64,000 nucleotides of DNA from Hemiscyllium ocellatum (GCF_020745735.1 NC_083428.1:11470001-11534000); one strand, 5' to 3'; counted from the stretch's first letter, positions 12,878 to 24,620 are shown. The notes: a model not told the origin generated them from the letters alone. Numbers and translations are program-made.

Positions 12878-13260
12878 GAGTCGTAGAGATCTTCAGCAAA
12901 GAAACAGACTCTTCGGTCCAACTCGCCCATGCCGAACAGATATTCCAACCCAATCTAGTCCCATTTGCCAGCACTTAGCTCATATCCCTCTAAACCCTTC
13001 CTATTTATATAACCAGATGCCTTTTAAATGTTGTAATTGTATCAACCTCTGCTACTTCCTCTAGCAGCTCATTCATACACACACCACCCTCTGCGTGAAA
13101 ATGTGGCCCTTAGGTCCCTTTTAAATTTTTCCCCTCTCAGCTTAAGCCTATGCCTTCTAGTTCTGGACTCAGCCACCCCAGGGAAAAGACCTTGACTATT
13201 ATTCCTATCCATGCCCCTCATGATTTTATAAACCTCAATGAGTTCACCCCTCAGCCTCTT
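12878..13260 (-). mobile_element. HER1/CR1 LINE 3' end
   Basis: ORF 13069-13305 includes RLRGELIEVYKIMRGMDR. Confidence 0.9.
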
Positions 13261-13382
13261 CTGGACTAAAAGGCCTGGATTCAATCTGCTCCAGAAGTGG
13301 GTCATAATTTGTCTGAACAGGTTGATTCAAAAACATTTAAGGCATGTTTTGTTTGAGCATCTGGATAAGAACATTAGTTTGA

Positions 13383-13480
13383 GAGCTCTTGTGGTGCAGT
13401 AGCAGTGTCTATACTTCCTGAGTTAGGAGTCCCGTGTTCAAATCCCACCTTCTCCAACAGGTGTATAGATGATTATTAGA
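13383..13480 (+). mobile_element. Short tRNA-derived SINE
   Basis: A-box-like TGGTGCAGTAG and B-box GTTCAAATCC; related copies at about 12850/13262-13335 and 23395-23520 (-). Confidence 0.55.
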
Positions 13481-14209
13481 AAACACCTATGGATGCTCAA
13501 TAGTCCTTAGTCTCATTCCAGTATTCCACCCAAGTACTTATTTCTCAATCTAGACAGTGAGTATGACTGGAAAATGCTGGACCTGGATCTATTTTCATTT
13601 CGTCTTCCCAGATAGCACTTCATAATCCAGCTGGATATACAACCAAACTAACTCCTGACAAATCAAGCCTGAGGACTTTTTGACCTAACTAGTTTTGAAG
13701 CTATACCCTGAGACACCTATTCCATCCTGTATTAACATCCCCAATGGTGTTTCCCTCCTCTTTAAGTTCTGTTGATATCATTTACAGGGAAGGAAACACA
13801 GGATTGGCAGCTGTTGGGTCAGTCTAAAGATAGAAATTCTGAGACACTGACAGAGCGATCTGGAAGGAAATAGACTAAACATGTCAGATGGAAAATTTGC
13901 TATTGATAAGCAGGAAGGAATGCCTATTTTCAATTATAGTACTTTGTTTTTAATCTCAACATTGCGAGCAGCTTTGAACAAAAACTAATTTACCAGTATA
14001 TTTCACTTCGTCTTTACCTGGAATAGACCATATCACCTAAATCCAATTTGTAGACTACCTTCAGTGCTTTGATGTTTAATTAATTGAACTTGGTGAAACT
14101 AGGTGCTTTCCCTTCTCTATAAAAGACAAGTCAAACTAATTATTAATCATGGCCACAGCCGCATCTCACGGATCTTAAAAGTAGTAATTTGATCGTAATA
14201 AACTTGAGA

Positions 14210-14925
14210 AATGCTAGAAGAAGGACATATCATGTTGAAGCTTTTCATCTTAAATTCATCAGGACAATTCACAAGAAATCCTAATGTGAAAGGAAAACAA
14301 TATTCATACTATAAGAGAGGAAATTGTTATTTGGTTGATAGATGGGCTCAAATAGGTGGAGGTGTATCAAGGAAATTGTGCCATTGGAAGATGACTGACA
14401 GCTAACTGCAAAACTTTTTTTAAACTTTAAACTAGGTATGTTGACTCTGATGAATCAAGGGACTAACCTAAGTAATAAACCAGAAAATGTCTGTCACCTA
14501 CTTTGTTGTGTTGTACCTTCCAATACACTGTGCACTACAGTGTAAGTCCAACTGACAATCCCAATTGGTTGTTAGTGAAATTCTTCGTACACTAAGATTA
14601 TTTAGAAAATGCTTTCCATCTAAAGTTGTAGGTTTGCAAGCACAGGCTGGATGGATATGGTTAGTTGTCAATCATCACTAACTGGCACATTTCCGATGGC
14701 AACACCTCTTCGGATGCTGCCTGACATGCTGTGCTTTTCCAGCACCACTCTGATCTGAACACTGCTTTCCAGCATCTGCAGTCCTTGTTTTTACCTAACA
14801 CCTCTACCAATCAGAGTACTCTTGCCAACTAATCATCAATCTCCTCTCACACTATAGAACTGTTATTTCCCCTTTGCATTGGCATTTTTTGTACACAAAA
14901 TGTCTTTCTGTTCAGCAATCTTTTA
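14210..14925. mobile_element. Old long inverted-repeat element, probably PLE-derived (family E), with a hammerhead-like motif
   Basis: 14270-14410 is an imperfect reverse complement of 14660-14895; minus-strand GTC-CTGATGA-ATTTAAGAT-GAAA-AGCTTC-AAC at 14234-14265. Confidence 0.6.
14710..14796 (+). mobile_element. Family A pLTR tail, non-palindromic, no hammerhead
   Basis: GGATGCTGCCTGAC...CCAGCATCTGCAGT; 9-bp TSD AACACCTCT at 14701-14709 and 14797-14805. Confidence 0.85.
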
Positions 14926-15204
14926 GTTCTATTAAAAAAACATGTTAATTAACATTGATTAATCAGTTATATACACAGAACAAGACCTCTGTTGCAATCA
15001 AACAAAAGGTTTGCTTTATCCTACGTTGCAACAATCTCAGGATTTATGTGTAAAGCAAAATTAGAAAATCAAAAAGCATAGTGATACAAAAAAGTTTGAC
15101 ATAACAATACTGCCATTAATTCTGATGTACATGTTTACTTTCAATTTTTAAATTTATTTTCTTCTCTCCTTTCGTTCCACTATACTGTATCTGTTGGTTC
15201 ATTG

Positions 15205-15525
15205 AACAGATAGAATCCCTTCAGTGTGGAAACAGGCCCTTCAGCCCAACAAGTCCACACTGACCCTCTGGAGAGTAACCCACCCAGACTCATTCCCCTA
15301 TTATTCTGCATTTCCCCCTGACTAACCCACGCATCCCTGAACACCATGGACAATTTAGCATGGACAATTCACCTGACCTCCACATCTTTGGATTGTGGGA
15401 AGAATCCGGAGCACCTGGAGGAAACCCACGCAGACACGGGGAGAATGTGCAAACTCCACACAGGCAGTCGCCCGAGGCTGGAATCGAATGTGGGTCCCTA
15501 GCGCTGTGAGCCACCATGTCACCCA
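15205..15525 (-). mobile_element. HE1-type V-SINE
   Basis: V-domain GTGTGGAGTTTGCACATTCTCCCCGTGTCTGCGTGGGTTTCC and HER1-like tail. Confidence 0.9.
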
Positions 15526-15699
15526 TGAGGATCTGGAGTTCAGATCCTTTAGTGCTGAGAGCATAATCAGTTGACCATTATTCATGTGTCAGTCGCCTTA
15601 AAGTTACACTTTTAACAGTAATACAGCAGATATATAAAACCAAGTTATGGATTTTCTGACATCTAATACTGATTCTAAGAAAGTGCTAGCATTTTGGAG

Positions 15700-15862
15700 A
15701 GGACTGCTGGAAATATGTTGTCCATCCCTGACCACCCTGAGAAGATGGTGGTGCTGAGCTGCTTTCTTGAACTGCTGAAGTCCATATGATGCAGATACAC
15801 TCACAGTTCTGATAAAAAGAGAGTTCCAGGATTTTGATGCAGTGATACAGAAGGAACAATGA
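15700..15862 (-). mobile_element. LINE-B 3' tail
   Basis: GAGCTGCTTTCTTGAACTGCTGAAGTCCA, reverse of the LINE-B tail. Confidence 0.7.
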
Positions 15863-16067
15863 TCATAAAGGCAATGCCTTCCTTAATCTCATCCCTTGCC
15901 CAAGATACTGTGACCCTTAGGTTAAGCTCACTGTCAGTCATCTCTCTATACTGGGACAGCAGCCATGGACATCTGGGACTATGGTAACTCTCACTCTCTT
16001 TGAATCTTGATGGAAGCTCAGGCTATGCTTTAAACAATATTTATTAATAGACTATAAATGATTATAA

Positions 16068-16264
16068 GGAAAAAGTGAGGACTGCAGATGCTGGACATCA
16101 GGGTCGAGAGTGTGGTGCTGGAAAAGCACAGCAGATCAGGCAGCATCCAAGGAGCAGGAGAATTGATGTTTCGGGCATAAGCCCTTCATATGCCCGAAAC
16201 GTCGATTCTCCTGCTCCTCTGATGCTGCCTGACCTGCTGTGCTTTCCCAGCAATACACTCTCGA
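16068..16264. mobile_element. Palindromic PLE-derived unit, family A
   Basis: Inverted arms meeting at CTTCAT|ATGCCCGAAACGTCG, hammerhead cores truncated at the axis; degenerate TSD. Confidence 0.88.
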
Positions 16265-17071
16265 TTGTAAATAATGAAAAGGCTACAGAGCAGCATGCTC
16301 TGTGCTGTACAGATTCCAACCTCCTACCACATGATAGTTAAACTTTTACATTACACTGCCTCTCAGATATTTACACGCATACTTATTAAACCTTATCTCC
16401 ACAAATAATTCCAGCATTTTCTATTCTTATGTTAGATTTCCAACATCTTCAGTTTCTTCTTATGCTTAGACAGTTTCTGTGTTGCCAAAGGAATGGACGC
16501 AGATATGTAGTTTTAATACAAGTTGAATGCAATAACAGCTACAATTTGGATTTGAACTGATATTTTTAACAACACTCAAAACTTCTTCTTTCCCTCAATC
16601 TTTCTGCGCATACAATCCACAAGTTTTAAAAGTTCATGCTTTTAGGCCACATAGAAATGTAAAATTAATCAACGAGAAGTATATGGCTTACATTAACTGT
16701 GTATCATTAATTTAATCCTGGTTATTTTATCCTGAATGCATTTAACTATAATTGTAACCATGAATTCACAAGATAATTACAAGCACACGGGGGGATCAAG
16801 TATTGAAGTAGGTATAACTTGGACATTTCATGAAGGTTTTCCTTGTCTGCTGGTGACAAAAGGCACCATGTGAAATGAGTTTAATGCAGTTCCTTGTGAG
16901 CACAGACTCAGAGCAAATTTCCAATGGGAGAACAAAGTGGTCAGAACAACAATGTTCTATAAATCACTATAGGTCTGGATCATAAAAGCAACGAGATTCA
17001 AACTCAGAAGCTCCTGTCAGTTATAGTCTTCGATCCAACTCATCCATGCTGACCAGATAGCCTAAATTAAT

Positions 17072-17336
17072 TCACGGAACTCCATTAACAAACATATACA
17101 TTTGGACCCTATATACCAATCATTAAGAAACAGAATCAACAACAAAACCGGAAATGACATCACCAACCCCAGCAGAACCAGACACATAAATAACAAGTTT
17201 GATAGAACACCAATGCTTCACCAGAGGTTCACTGATGAAGTTACCTAGCATGGTGATGAAACATCTACAAACAAACTTACCAGCTCAGCAAACTGACAAC
17301 CTCATCCACAACCTGAGCTACAAATCTCAAATATTC
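17072..17336 (+). mobile_element. PLE 3' fragment, family C, with hammerhead motif, inserted in a HER1 tail
   Basis: NSINKHI.LDPIYQ remnant, then CTGATGA-AGTTACC-TAGCAT-GGTGAT-GAAA-CATC at 17232-17265. Confidence 0.8.
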
Positions 17337-17459
17337 TAATCTAGTCTCATTTGCTGCAGAAAATGAATTACAGTGGTATATTTGGAGGTACACTTGAGGT
17401 TCATTGCTGGAGCAGGGATCCCAAATTGGAAAGTGTTCAATTCTCCTACCAAATACCGA

Positions 17460-17782
17460 AGCAATGTCCTGTACAGCCACAACATGACCTTCCAACTCCT
17501 CTATCAATACTCTGACCAATAAAAGAAAGAATACCAAGCACCTTCTTTACTACCCTATCTACCTGCGACTCCACATTCAAGAAGCTATGAACCTGCACTC
17601 CAAGGTCTCTTTGTTCAGCAACACTCCCTAGGACTTACCATTAAGTGTATAAGTCCTGCTGAGATTTGCTTTCCCAAAATGCAACACCTCGCCTTTATCT
17701 GACTTAAACTCCACCTGCCACTTCTCAGCCCATTGGCCCATCTGGTCAAGATCCTGTTGTAATCTGAGGTAACCCTCTTCAT
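17460..17782 (-). mobile_element. HER1/CR1 ORF2 fragment
   Basis: Reverse complement resembles 22430-22730. Confidence 0.85.
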
Positions 17783-18169
17783 ACCGGACTTGAACTGTTA
17801 TCTCTGTTTCTCTCGCCTCAAATGCTGCCAGGCCTACACATTCTCTGTGTTTCTTTCAGATTTTGAGCACCTGCAGTATTTTGCCTTTATCAGAACCAGA
17901 AAGCAAATCTCTTGGAAAATAGGCTAATTTAGAGAGAATCAAACTGACTTGAAAGTAAAAATATGATATGGGGAAGGGGCAGAATTCCTCACAGTTAAGA
18001 TGTGTAAGAGCTGGAAATGACAGGTTACTGAGTTTGTCAGTAACATTATTGATGGGAGTAATTTCAAATGCAGTCTGTGTGATTTGAGTAAATAATCCAG
18101 AGGATATGAGTTCAGTTCCCACCATGACAACTTGAGAATTTGAATTCAATTTCTTGAGGACGATATTGG

Positions 18170-18760
18170 AGGCTACCACTCTAGCACAGTACTGAGGGAC
18201 GGCAGCAGTGTCAGTAGTGCCACGTTTTGAATCAGATGTCAAACTGAGGGCTATCTATCCTCTCAGGTGGATGTAAGAGATTCTATGGCATTACTTCAAA
18301 GAAGAATGAGGTATTTCAAGACTGGGGACATGTTTTTAAAGTGAGAGGAAAGAGATTTTAAAAAGACAGGGGCAAACATTTTTACACAGAGGGTGGTTTG
18401 CAAGTGGAATGAACTTTCCAAGGAAGTGGTGGATGCAGATACAGTTATGACGGTTAAAAGAAAGTTAGATAAGCACATTAATAGGAAAGGATTGGAGGGA
18501 TATGAGCCAAACACAGACAGTTGGGGTCAGTTTAGTTTGGGATAATGTTCAGCATGGACTGGTTGGACCGAAGTGTCTGTTTCCTTGCTGTATGACTCTA
18601 TGACTCTATAACACCAGAGGAGTTATTGCTGCTATGGAGATAAATATAGATCACTGAACCAACATAACAGAAAGAGATGATCTGGTCATGACCACAATGT
18701 TGTTAGTGGGATCTTGCTGTGCACAACTTGTCAGCCAATTGCAACTGCACTTTGAGAGTA
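18170..18760 (+). mobile_element. Deu-domain SINE split by a HER1 tail
   Basis: CAGTACTGAGGGA...CTCTCAGGTGGATGTAAGAGATTCTATGGCA, resuming at about 18612. Confidence 0.75.
18318..18610 (+). mobile_element. HER1/CR1 LINE 3' end
   Basis: Tail GCTGTATGACTCTATGACTCTA. Confidence 0.88.
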
Positions 18761-18779
18761 TGTTTTAAAACTTGCGTTT

Positions 18780-19105
18780 TTCTTCCATAGGCATCTCTGG
18801 TTAGATCCACCTTAATTGCCAATACCTACTGGTCTAGAAAACTGCGAGAGACAACCACATCATTGTTGTCTAGAGTGGGTCAGGCCAAGGTAAGGATGGT
18901 GGATTTCATACCCTATAGGGAAATGACATGGGTTTTTGCAATAATGAATGGTTGTTACATGGCCACCATTAAATCAAGTTTTTAATTCCAAATTTTTCAT
19001 TGAATTCAAATTTCACCCATCTGCCATCATAGGAATGGAACCCATCAACCCACAATACCCTGGGTAACTGACTTACAAGTCTAGCGACAGGCACTACTCC
19101 ATCTG
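18780..19105 (-). mobile_element. SINE S2, decayed
   Basis: TTGAATTCAAATTTCACC...CTGCCAT body. Confidence 0.6.
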
Positions 19106-19464
19106 TTAAAGCACTTTTAGGTGGCCAGTCCTGTGAAACTGGTGCATTGTTATTTCCTTTTGGAAAGCAACAAAATGAAAATAAACTGACACAGTTAAAA
19201 TGGCATTGAAGCTAATGGATTATCCTGTTAAACCCCACTGGTTCTATAATGTCCATCAGGAAAGTAAATCTGCTTGGCTAACACCAGTCGCACACCAACA
19301 AGCTTAGCTCTTAAATCAAAGCAAAATGCTGGAAATAAAAGTACTGGACAAACTCACAAACTCAGCTGTCTGAGCAGTGTCTGCGGAGAGAGAAACAGAG
19401 TTAGTATTTGGAGTTCACTATAATTGACTTGTTCTTAACTGACTCCCGAACTGGCTAATGTGTT

Positions 19465-19600
19465 AAAATAAAACAAACAACTGTGGATGCTGAAGATTGA
19501 AACAAAAGCAGAAATTGCTGAAGAAACCCAGCAGGTCTGGCAGCATCTGTGAAAAGAAAGCAAAATTAATGTTTCAGGTCCAGTGATCCTTCTTCAGAAC
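19465..19600 (-). mobile_element. PLE pLTR fragment, family D, with hammerhead motif
   Basis: Minus-strand TT-CTGAAGA-AGGATC-ACTG-GACCT-GAAA-CATT-AA followed by GATGCTGCCAGACCTGCTG. Confidence 0.8.
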
Positions 19601-19704
19601 ACTAACAAATTAGCATTTAGTGTTGAAATACGCCAGAGTTTATGCTAACTTGATACTGGTTCTTTACATGATCCTTCTGAAATTTCACGGTATTATTAAT
19701 GGAA

Positions 19705-20035
19705 TTAGATTAGATTAGATTCCCTGCAGTATGGAAACAGGCCATTTGGCCCAACAAGTCCACACCATCCCTCCAAAGAGTAACCCACTCAGACACATTC
19801 CCCTACCCTATATTTACCCCTGACTAATGCACCTAACACTATGGGCAATTTAGCAAGGCCAATTCATCTAACCTGCAGATCTTTAGTCTGTGGGAGGAAA
19901 CCAGAGTGCCCAGAGGAAACTGACACAGACACAGGGAGAATATGCAAACTCCACACAGATAGTCGCCTGAGACAGGAATCAAACCCGGGTCGCTGGCACT
20001 GTGAGGCAGCAGTACTAACCACTGATCCACCGTGT
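19705..20035 (-). mobile_element. HE1-type V-SINE
   Basis: tRNA head, V domain and (CTAAT)n tail. Confidence 0.92.
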
Positions 20036-20480
20036 ACACTGTATATCAAAGACTGTAACAAACACTACATCGGACAGGCAGAAAACTAGCCATTAGGATA
20101 CACAAACACCAACTAGCCACCAAAAGACATGACCCACTATCCCCATTATCCTTACAAGTGGACAAAGACAGACACAACTTTGACTGGGACAACACATCCA
20201 TCCTAGGACACGCTAAACAGAGATATGCACAGGAATTCATAGAGGCCTGGCATTCAAACTCGAACTCCATCAATTAACACACTGATTTGGACCCATTTTA
20301 CCAACCTCTGAGAAAAAGAACCGGAAATGATATCACTCACCTTAACAGACCAAGACACGCAAATAGAAAGCAGGACAGAACGCCAGTGCTTCACCGGAGG
20401 CTCACTGATGAATTTACCTAACATGGTGATGAAACATCTGAAAACAAACCGTCCAGCTCAGTGAGCAAAGTTACAACCTG
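20036..20480 (+). pseudogene. Penelope-like element 3' end: GIY-YIG endonuclease remnant plus family C pLTR with hammerhead
   Basis: KDCNKHYIGQ..RKLAIRIHKHQLATKRHDPLS...HNFDWDNTSILG.AKQR...EFIEAWHS, then TCA-CTGATGA-...-GAAA-CATC-TGA at 20402-20441. Confidence 0.9.
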
Positions 20481-21244
20481 ACAGTAGGATAATTTGTGCA
20501 TGAATCCATACAGGGAATTGTCTTTCTACCTGCTTCCAAAGCAGCACCTTTAACGGCTTGGTACACTGGTCAGTTGTATTAAACTGCTCGATAATTTTTT
20601 TAAAATAGTTTTGCAGTCCTTGTTTTCAATTTTAAGATTTGTTTTCTGTATTTTCTGTTATTTCGTACCCATGTTTCATTCGGCCTGAACAGACCTTTTG
20701 CTACTTTTCCAGCCCGCCTGAAGTTCACTTGCTGTTTCAATTGCATCTGTCTCCTCCAATTTCAAAACAAGACTTCGCCTAGTGGCAGCAGAGTGGAGTG
20801 CAAGCAGTGTCAGACCATGACTTTGCAGCTGCCCCTCTTTCAAGCTTACTGCCTTTCTTTTGAAGTCCGACTGCTGTGGGCAATCGCTTCCAAATCTAAA
20901 ATTAAAAATTTCGTTTGTAATAAAGCCATTAAATATACAGCACAGAAAACCAACATCAAAAGAAACGGATCAAGTACAACTTGTGACTAATATATAATTA
21001 TGGAATATAAGAATCCACAAAACTTCCTCTTAAAATCAGCAGCTGTCTCTAGAAGTGTTCTTGGATGTCAAAAATATTCCATTTTGCAAACATTTTCGAA
21101 ACTTTCATTTCTGTCAGGGTTTATCATTTATGCAAATGCTCTATTCCAACATGCGTCTTTCCATTTGCGTTGCTGTAATATAATTCATAATAGTTAAAAA
21201 TCACACAACACCAGGTTATAGCCCAACAGGTTTAATTGGAAGCA

Positions 21245-21279
21245 CACTAGCTTTCGGAGCGACGCTCCTTCATCAGGTG
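21245..21279 (-). ncRNA. Minimal type I hammerhead ribozyme motif
   Basis: CAC-CTGATGA-A-GGAGC-GTC-GCTCC-GAAA-GC-TA-GTG; all core residues present. Confidence 0.8.
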
Positions 21280-21284
21280 ACAAT

Positions 21285-21319
21285 CACCTGATGAAGGAGC
21301 GTCGCTCCGAAAGCTAGTG
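21285..21319 (+). ncRNA. Minimal type I hammerhead ribozyme motif
   Basis: CAC-CTGATGA-A-GGAGC-GTC-GCTCC-GAAA-GC-TA-GTG; palindromic stem III AGCT; predicted cleavage after A21316. Confidence 0.8.
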
Positions 21320-21699
21320 TGCTTCCAATTAAACCTGTTGGGCTACAACCTGGTGTTGTATGATTTCTAACTTTGTTCACCCCAGTCCAACACCGGCATC
21401 TCCAAATCATAATTCATAATAGTTTGCAAGGCTCCTGCCTTGTAATGGGAAATAAAAGTGGAATCTGATGTATTAATGTGCAAAGCACTCTCTGCCTGCT
21501 GCGAGTGGCAAGATTGCAAATGTAAGTTAGGTGTCTTAGAATTTTGCTGCAAATAATTGCCTAGATAAATTCCCCCATGAATACTGTATACACTGGAAAT
21601 CTGAAATTTTAAAAAATGAGAATATTGGAAGTCTCAACAAGTCAGGCAGCATCTGTGAAGACGGAAACAAGAACTAATGTTTTGGGTGAACAATATTTG

Positions 21700-23283
21700 T
21701 GCATGGGAAATCATGTCTCACAAACTTGATTGAGTTTTTTGAAGAAGTAACAAAGAGGATTGATGAGGGCAGAGTGGTGGACATGATCTATATGGACCTT
21801 AGTAAGGCATTTGACAAGGTTCCCCATAGGAGACTGGTTAGCAAGGTTAGATGTCATGGAATATAGGGAGAACTAGCCATTTGGATACAGAACTGGCTCA
21901 AAGGTAGAAGACAGAAGGTGGTGGAGGGTTATTTTTCAAATTTTTTTTATTAGATTAGAATACTTACAGTGTGGAAACAGGCCCTTCGGCCTAACAAGTC
22001 CACACCGACCCACCAAAACACAACCCACCCCTCTACATTTATCCTTTCACCTAACACTATGGGCAATTTAGCATGGCCAATTCACCGAACCTGCACATTT
22101 TTGGATTGTGGGAAGAAACCGGAGCACCTGGAGGAAACCCACGCAGACATGGGAGAATGTGCAAACTCCACACAGTCAGTCGCCTGATGCCGGAATTGAA
22201 CCCAGGTCTCTGGCACTGTGAGGCAGCAGTGCTAACCACTGTGCCACCGTGCCACCCACTTGAGGCCTGTGACCAATGGAGTGCCACAAAGATTGGTGCT
22301 GGGTCCACTACTTTTTGTCATTTATACTTTTTGTCATTTATATAAATGATTTGAATGAGAGCACAAGAGGTATTGTTGATAAGTTTGCAGATGACATTAA
22401 AATTGGAAGCGTAGTGGACAGTTAAGAAGGTTACCTCAGAAAAAAAACGGGATCTTGACCAGATGAGCCAATTGGCTGAGAATTGGTAGATGGAGTTTGA
22501 TTTAGATAAATGCAAGGTGCAGCATTTTGGGAAAGCAGGACTTTTACACTTAATGGTAAGGTCCTGGGGAGTGTTGCTGAACAAAGAGACGTTTGAGTGC
22601 AGGTTCATCGCTCCTTGAAAGTGGAGTCACAGGTAGAGAGGATGTGAAGAAGGCGTTTGGTATGCTTTCCTTTATTGGTCAGAATATTGAGTACAGGAGT
22701 TGGGAGGTCATGTTGCAGCTGTACAGGACATTGGTTAGACCACTTTTGGAATATTGCATGAAATTCTGGTCTCCTTCCTATCAGAAGAAAGGATTCAGAG
22801 AAGATTTACAAGGATGTTGCCAGGGTTGGAGGATTTGAGCTATAGGGAGAAGTTGAATAGGTTAGGGCTGTTTTCCCTGGAGCGTTGGAGGCTGAGGGGT
22901 GACCTCATAGAGGTTTATAAAATCATGAGGGGCATGGATAGGGTAAATAGATAATGTCTTTTTCCTGGGGTGGGGGAGTACAGAACTAGAGGGCATAAGT
23001 TTAGGGTGAGGGGGGAAAGATATAAAAGAGACTTAAAGAGCAACTTTTTCATGCAGAAGGTGGTGCGTGTGTGGAATGGGCTGCCAGAGGATGTGGTGGA
23101 GGCTGGTACAATTGCAACATTTAAAAGACATCTGGTTGGGTATATGATTAAAAAGAAGGGTCTGGAGGGATATGGGCTGATGCTGGCAGGTGGGGCTAGA
23201 TTAGGTTGGAATATCTGGTCGACATGGACGAGTTGGACTGAAGGATCTGTTTCCATGCTGTACATCTCTATGACTCTATGACT
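21700..23283 (+). mobile_element. HER1/CR1 LINE, 5'-truncated, interrupted by HE1
   Basis: SCLTNLIEFFEEVT, YMDLSKAFDKVPH, KFADD, LYRTLVRPLLEYC and tail CTCTATGACTCTATGAC. Confidence 0.95.
21941..22258 (-). mobile_element. HE1-type V-SINE
   Basis: Full head, V domain and tail, nested in CR1. Confidence 0.92.
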
Positions 23284-23394
23284 GAAAAAAACAAGAACTA
23301 TAAAAGGAAATGTCTGTGATAGGGTGGGAATGATTAAATGACAAGCCAAAATGAAGGCACAAATAGAAGATTAAATGCTGGGTCTGGAGGAGTG

Positions 23395-23520
23395 TCAATA
23401 TTTTCAAATCAGTCTGTTCAGAGATGTTATAGCCCACCTCTGGAGAAGGACAGGACCTGAACCTATAGAATCTTACTTCAGAGGTAGGGACAATGCCACT
23501 AAGCCACTAGAGGCCTTCTT
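23395..23520 (-). mobile_element. Short tRNA-derived SINE
   Basis: Minus-strand TGGCTTAGTGG A box and GGTTCAGGTCC B box; related to the 13383 copy. Confidence 0.55.
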
Positions 23521-23594
23521 TGGAGTTTGGGAAAGCAGAATCATTACAGCTGCTATTCTAACAACAAAATAATTGTTGGATTCTAAAAAGGATC

Positions 23595-23710
23595 TCTGAA
23601 CCCAAAACATTAACTCTGCTGTCTCACCACAGATACCACCAGACCTGCTGAGTTTTTCTGATAGTTTCTGTTTTTGATTCTGATTTCCAGTATCCGCAGT
23701 TTTTTTTTAA
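23595..23710 (+). mobile_element. PLE pLTR fragment, family D
   Basis: AAACATTAACTCTG...CCAGACCTGCTGAGTTT...TTCCAGTATCCGCAGT. Confidence 0.7.
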
Positions 23711-23732
23711 TTTGCAGTTTTTAAAAAAATAC

Positions 23733-24037
23733 ACAGGTAGACAATCCTTTATCCGAAACCCTTCGGACCAGCTGTCTTTCGAATTTTGGAATTTTTCAGA
23801 TAAAGAATAAAATGACATTTTCATCGTAAAGTTTGAAAAGAATTACCCAACAGCAGACCCACCTTTGATTATTACGAGCACTGAGACAGAATTGACGCCT
23901 GCCAGTGTTGGGCCACGCTACTACGTCACATCTGAGTCACGTGGATCAATTAGGTGTGGAGTTGAGTTAACTGCATGCATGCCAAGCAACCTTGTGAATG
24001 AGAAAAAAAAACTTTGAATTTCGGAGCTTTTCTGTAT
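23733..24037. mobile_element. Tigger/pogo-like MITE remnant
   Basis: Starts CAGGTAGACAATCCTTTATCCGAAA, like recalled Tigger4/MER46-type termini; right end mostly deleted. Confidence 0.5.
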
Positions 24038-24389
24038 TCATTTTATGAAGTAGTCCCTACTTATTCAAATTCTGACAATGTAGTGTGTGCTGCCAACACC
24101 AAGATAGCCACCAGTCATCTGTGCATGTGTAGATGATTGTGATGACTTCATAATGCCATCACAGAGCTTTCTGCTTACCCCCTCACCTCGCACTATTGCT
24201 GTCCCAATAACCACAGTCCCCCCATCCCCCTCTTGCTAATGGGGGAGATGTGGTAGTCGCATCCTTACCCCCTCATGGTTACATGCCTCACTGCATTCCC
24301 CTAGCACCCCCTCCCCCATCAGCTCCAAAGGCTCCCAATTCAGTGCAGCTGTTACTGTGCCAACTAGTGTTGGTGTTCGCAACAAACAC

Positions 24390-24620
24390 AGCCTTCTGAT
24401 GCAAAGTCATCAATCAGAAACAGTGAGGAGGGAGGAGAGGGAAGTCATCCCTACCTCACAGAGGTCAGTCTAGAAATGAGGCTTGGAGTAAATTTTGAAA
24501 GTCAGGCATTAGATCAGCTCTCAATGCCTTCCCACCTCCAGGAGATCCTGCTCAAGGTGGGCACAAAGTGGCAGCACCTGGCAGCAGCAATGAGGGTAGT
24601 TAAGGACCCAGTTTGGGCTA
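24390..24620 (-). mobile_element. Harbinger-type Myb/SANT remnant
   Basis: Weak similarity to 49420-49700 and 54830-55060. Confidence 0.35.

Larger units (their letters stand above)
21196..21408. mobile_element. Near-perfect palindromic PLE-derived unit, family B
   Basis: Arms of about 88 bp with a 3-nt loop (CAA, 21281-21283); perfect 16-bp TSD ATAATTCATAATAGTT at 21180-21195 and 21409-21424. Confidence 0.92.

Noticed and set aside
14018-14036. Possible 19-nt minus-strand micro-exon
   Set aside because: Poor polypyrimidine tract and no recognisable peptide
21196-21408. Palindromic units as MITEs, miRNA genes or terminators
   Set aside because: TSDs are long and variable (9-17 bp), the arms are unequal with variable axes, and related units (families C and D) match PLE terminal repeats; this fits retroposition, not DNA transposition
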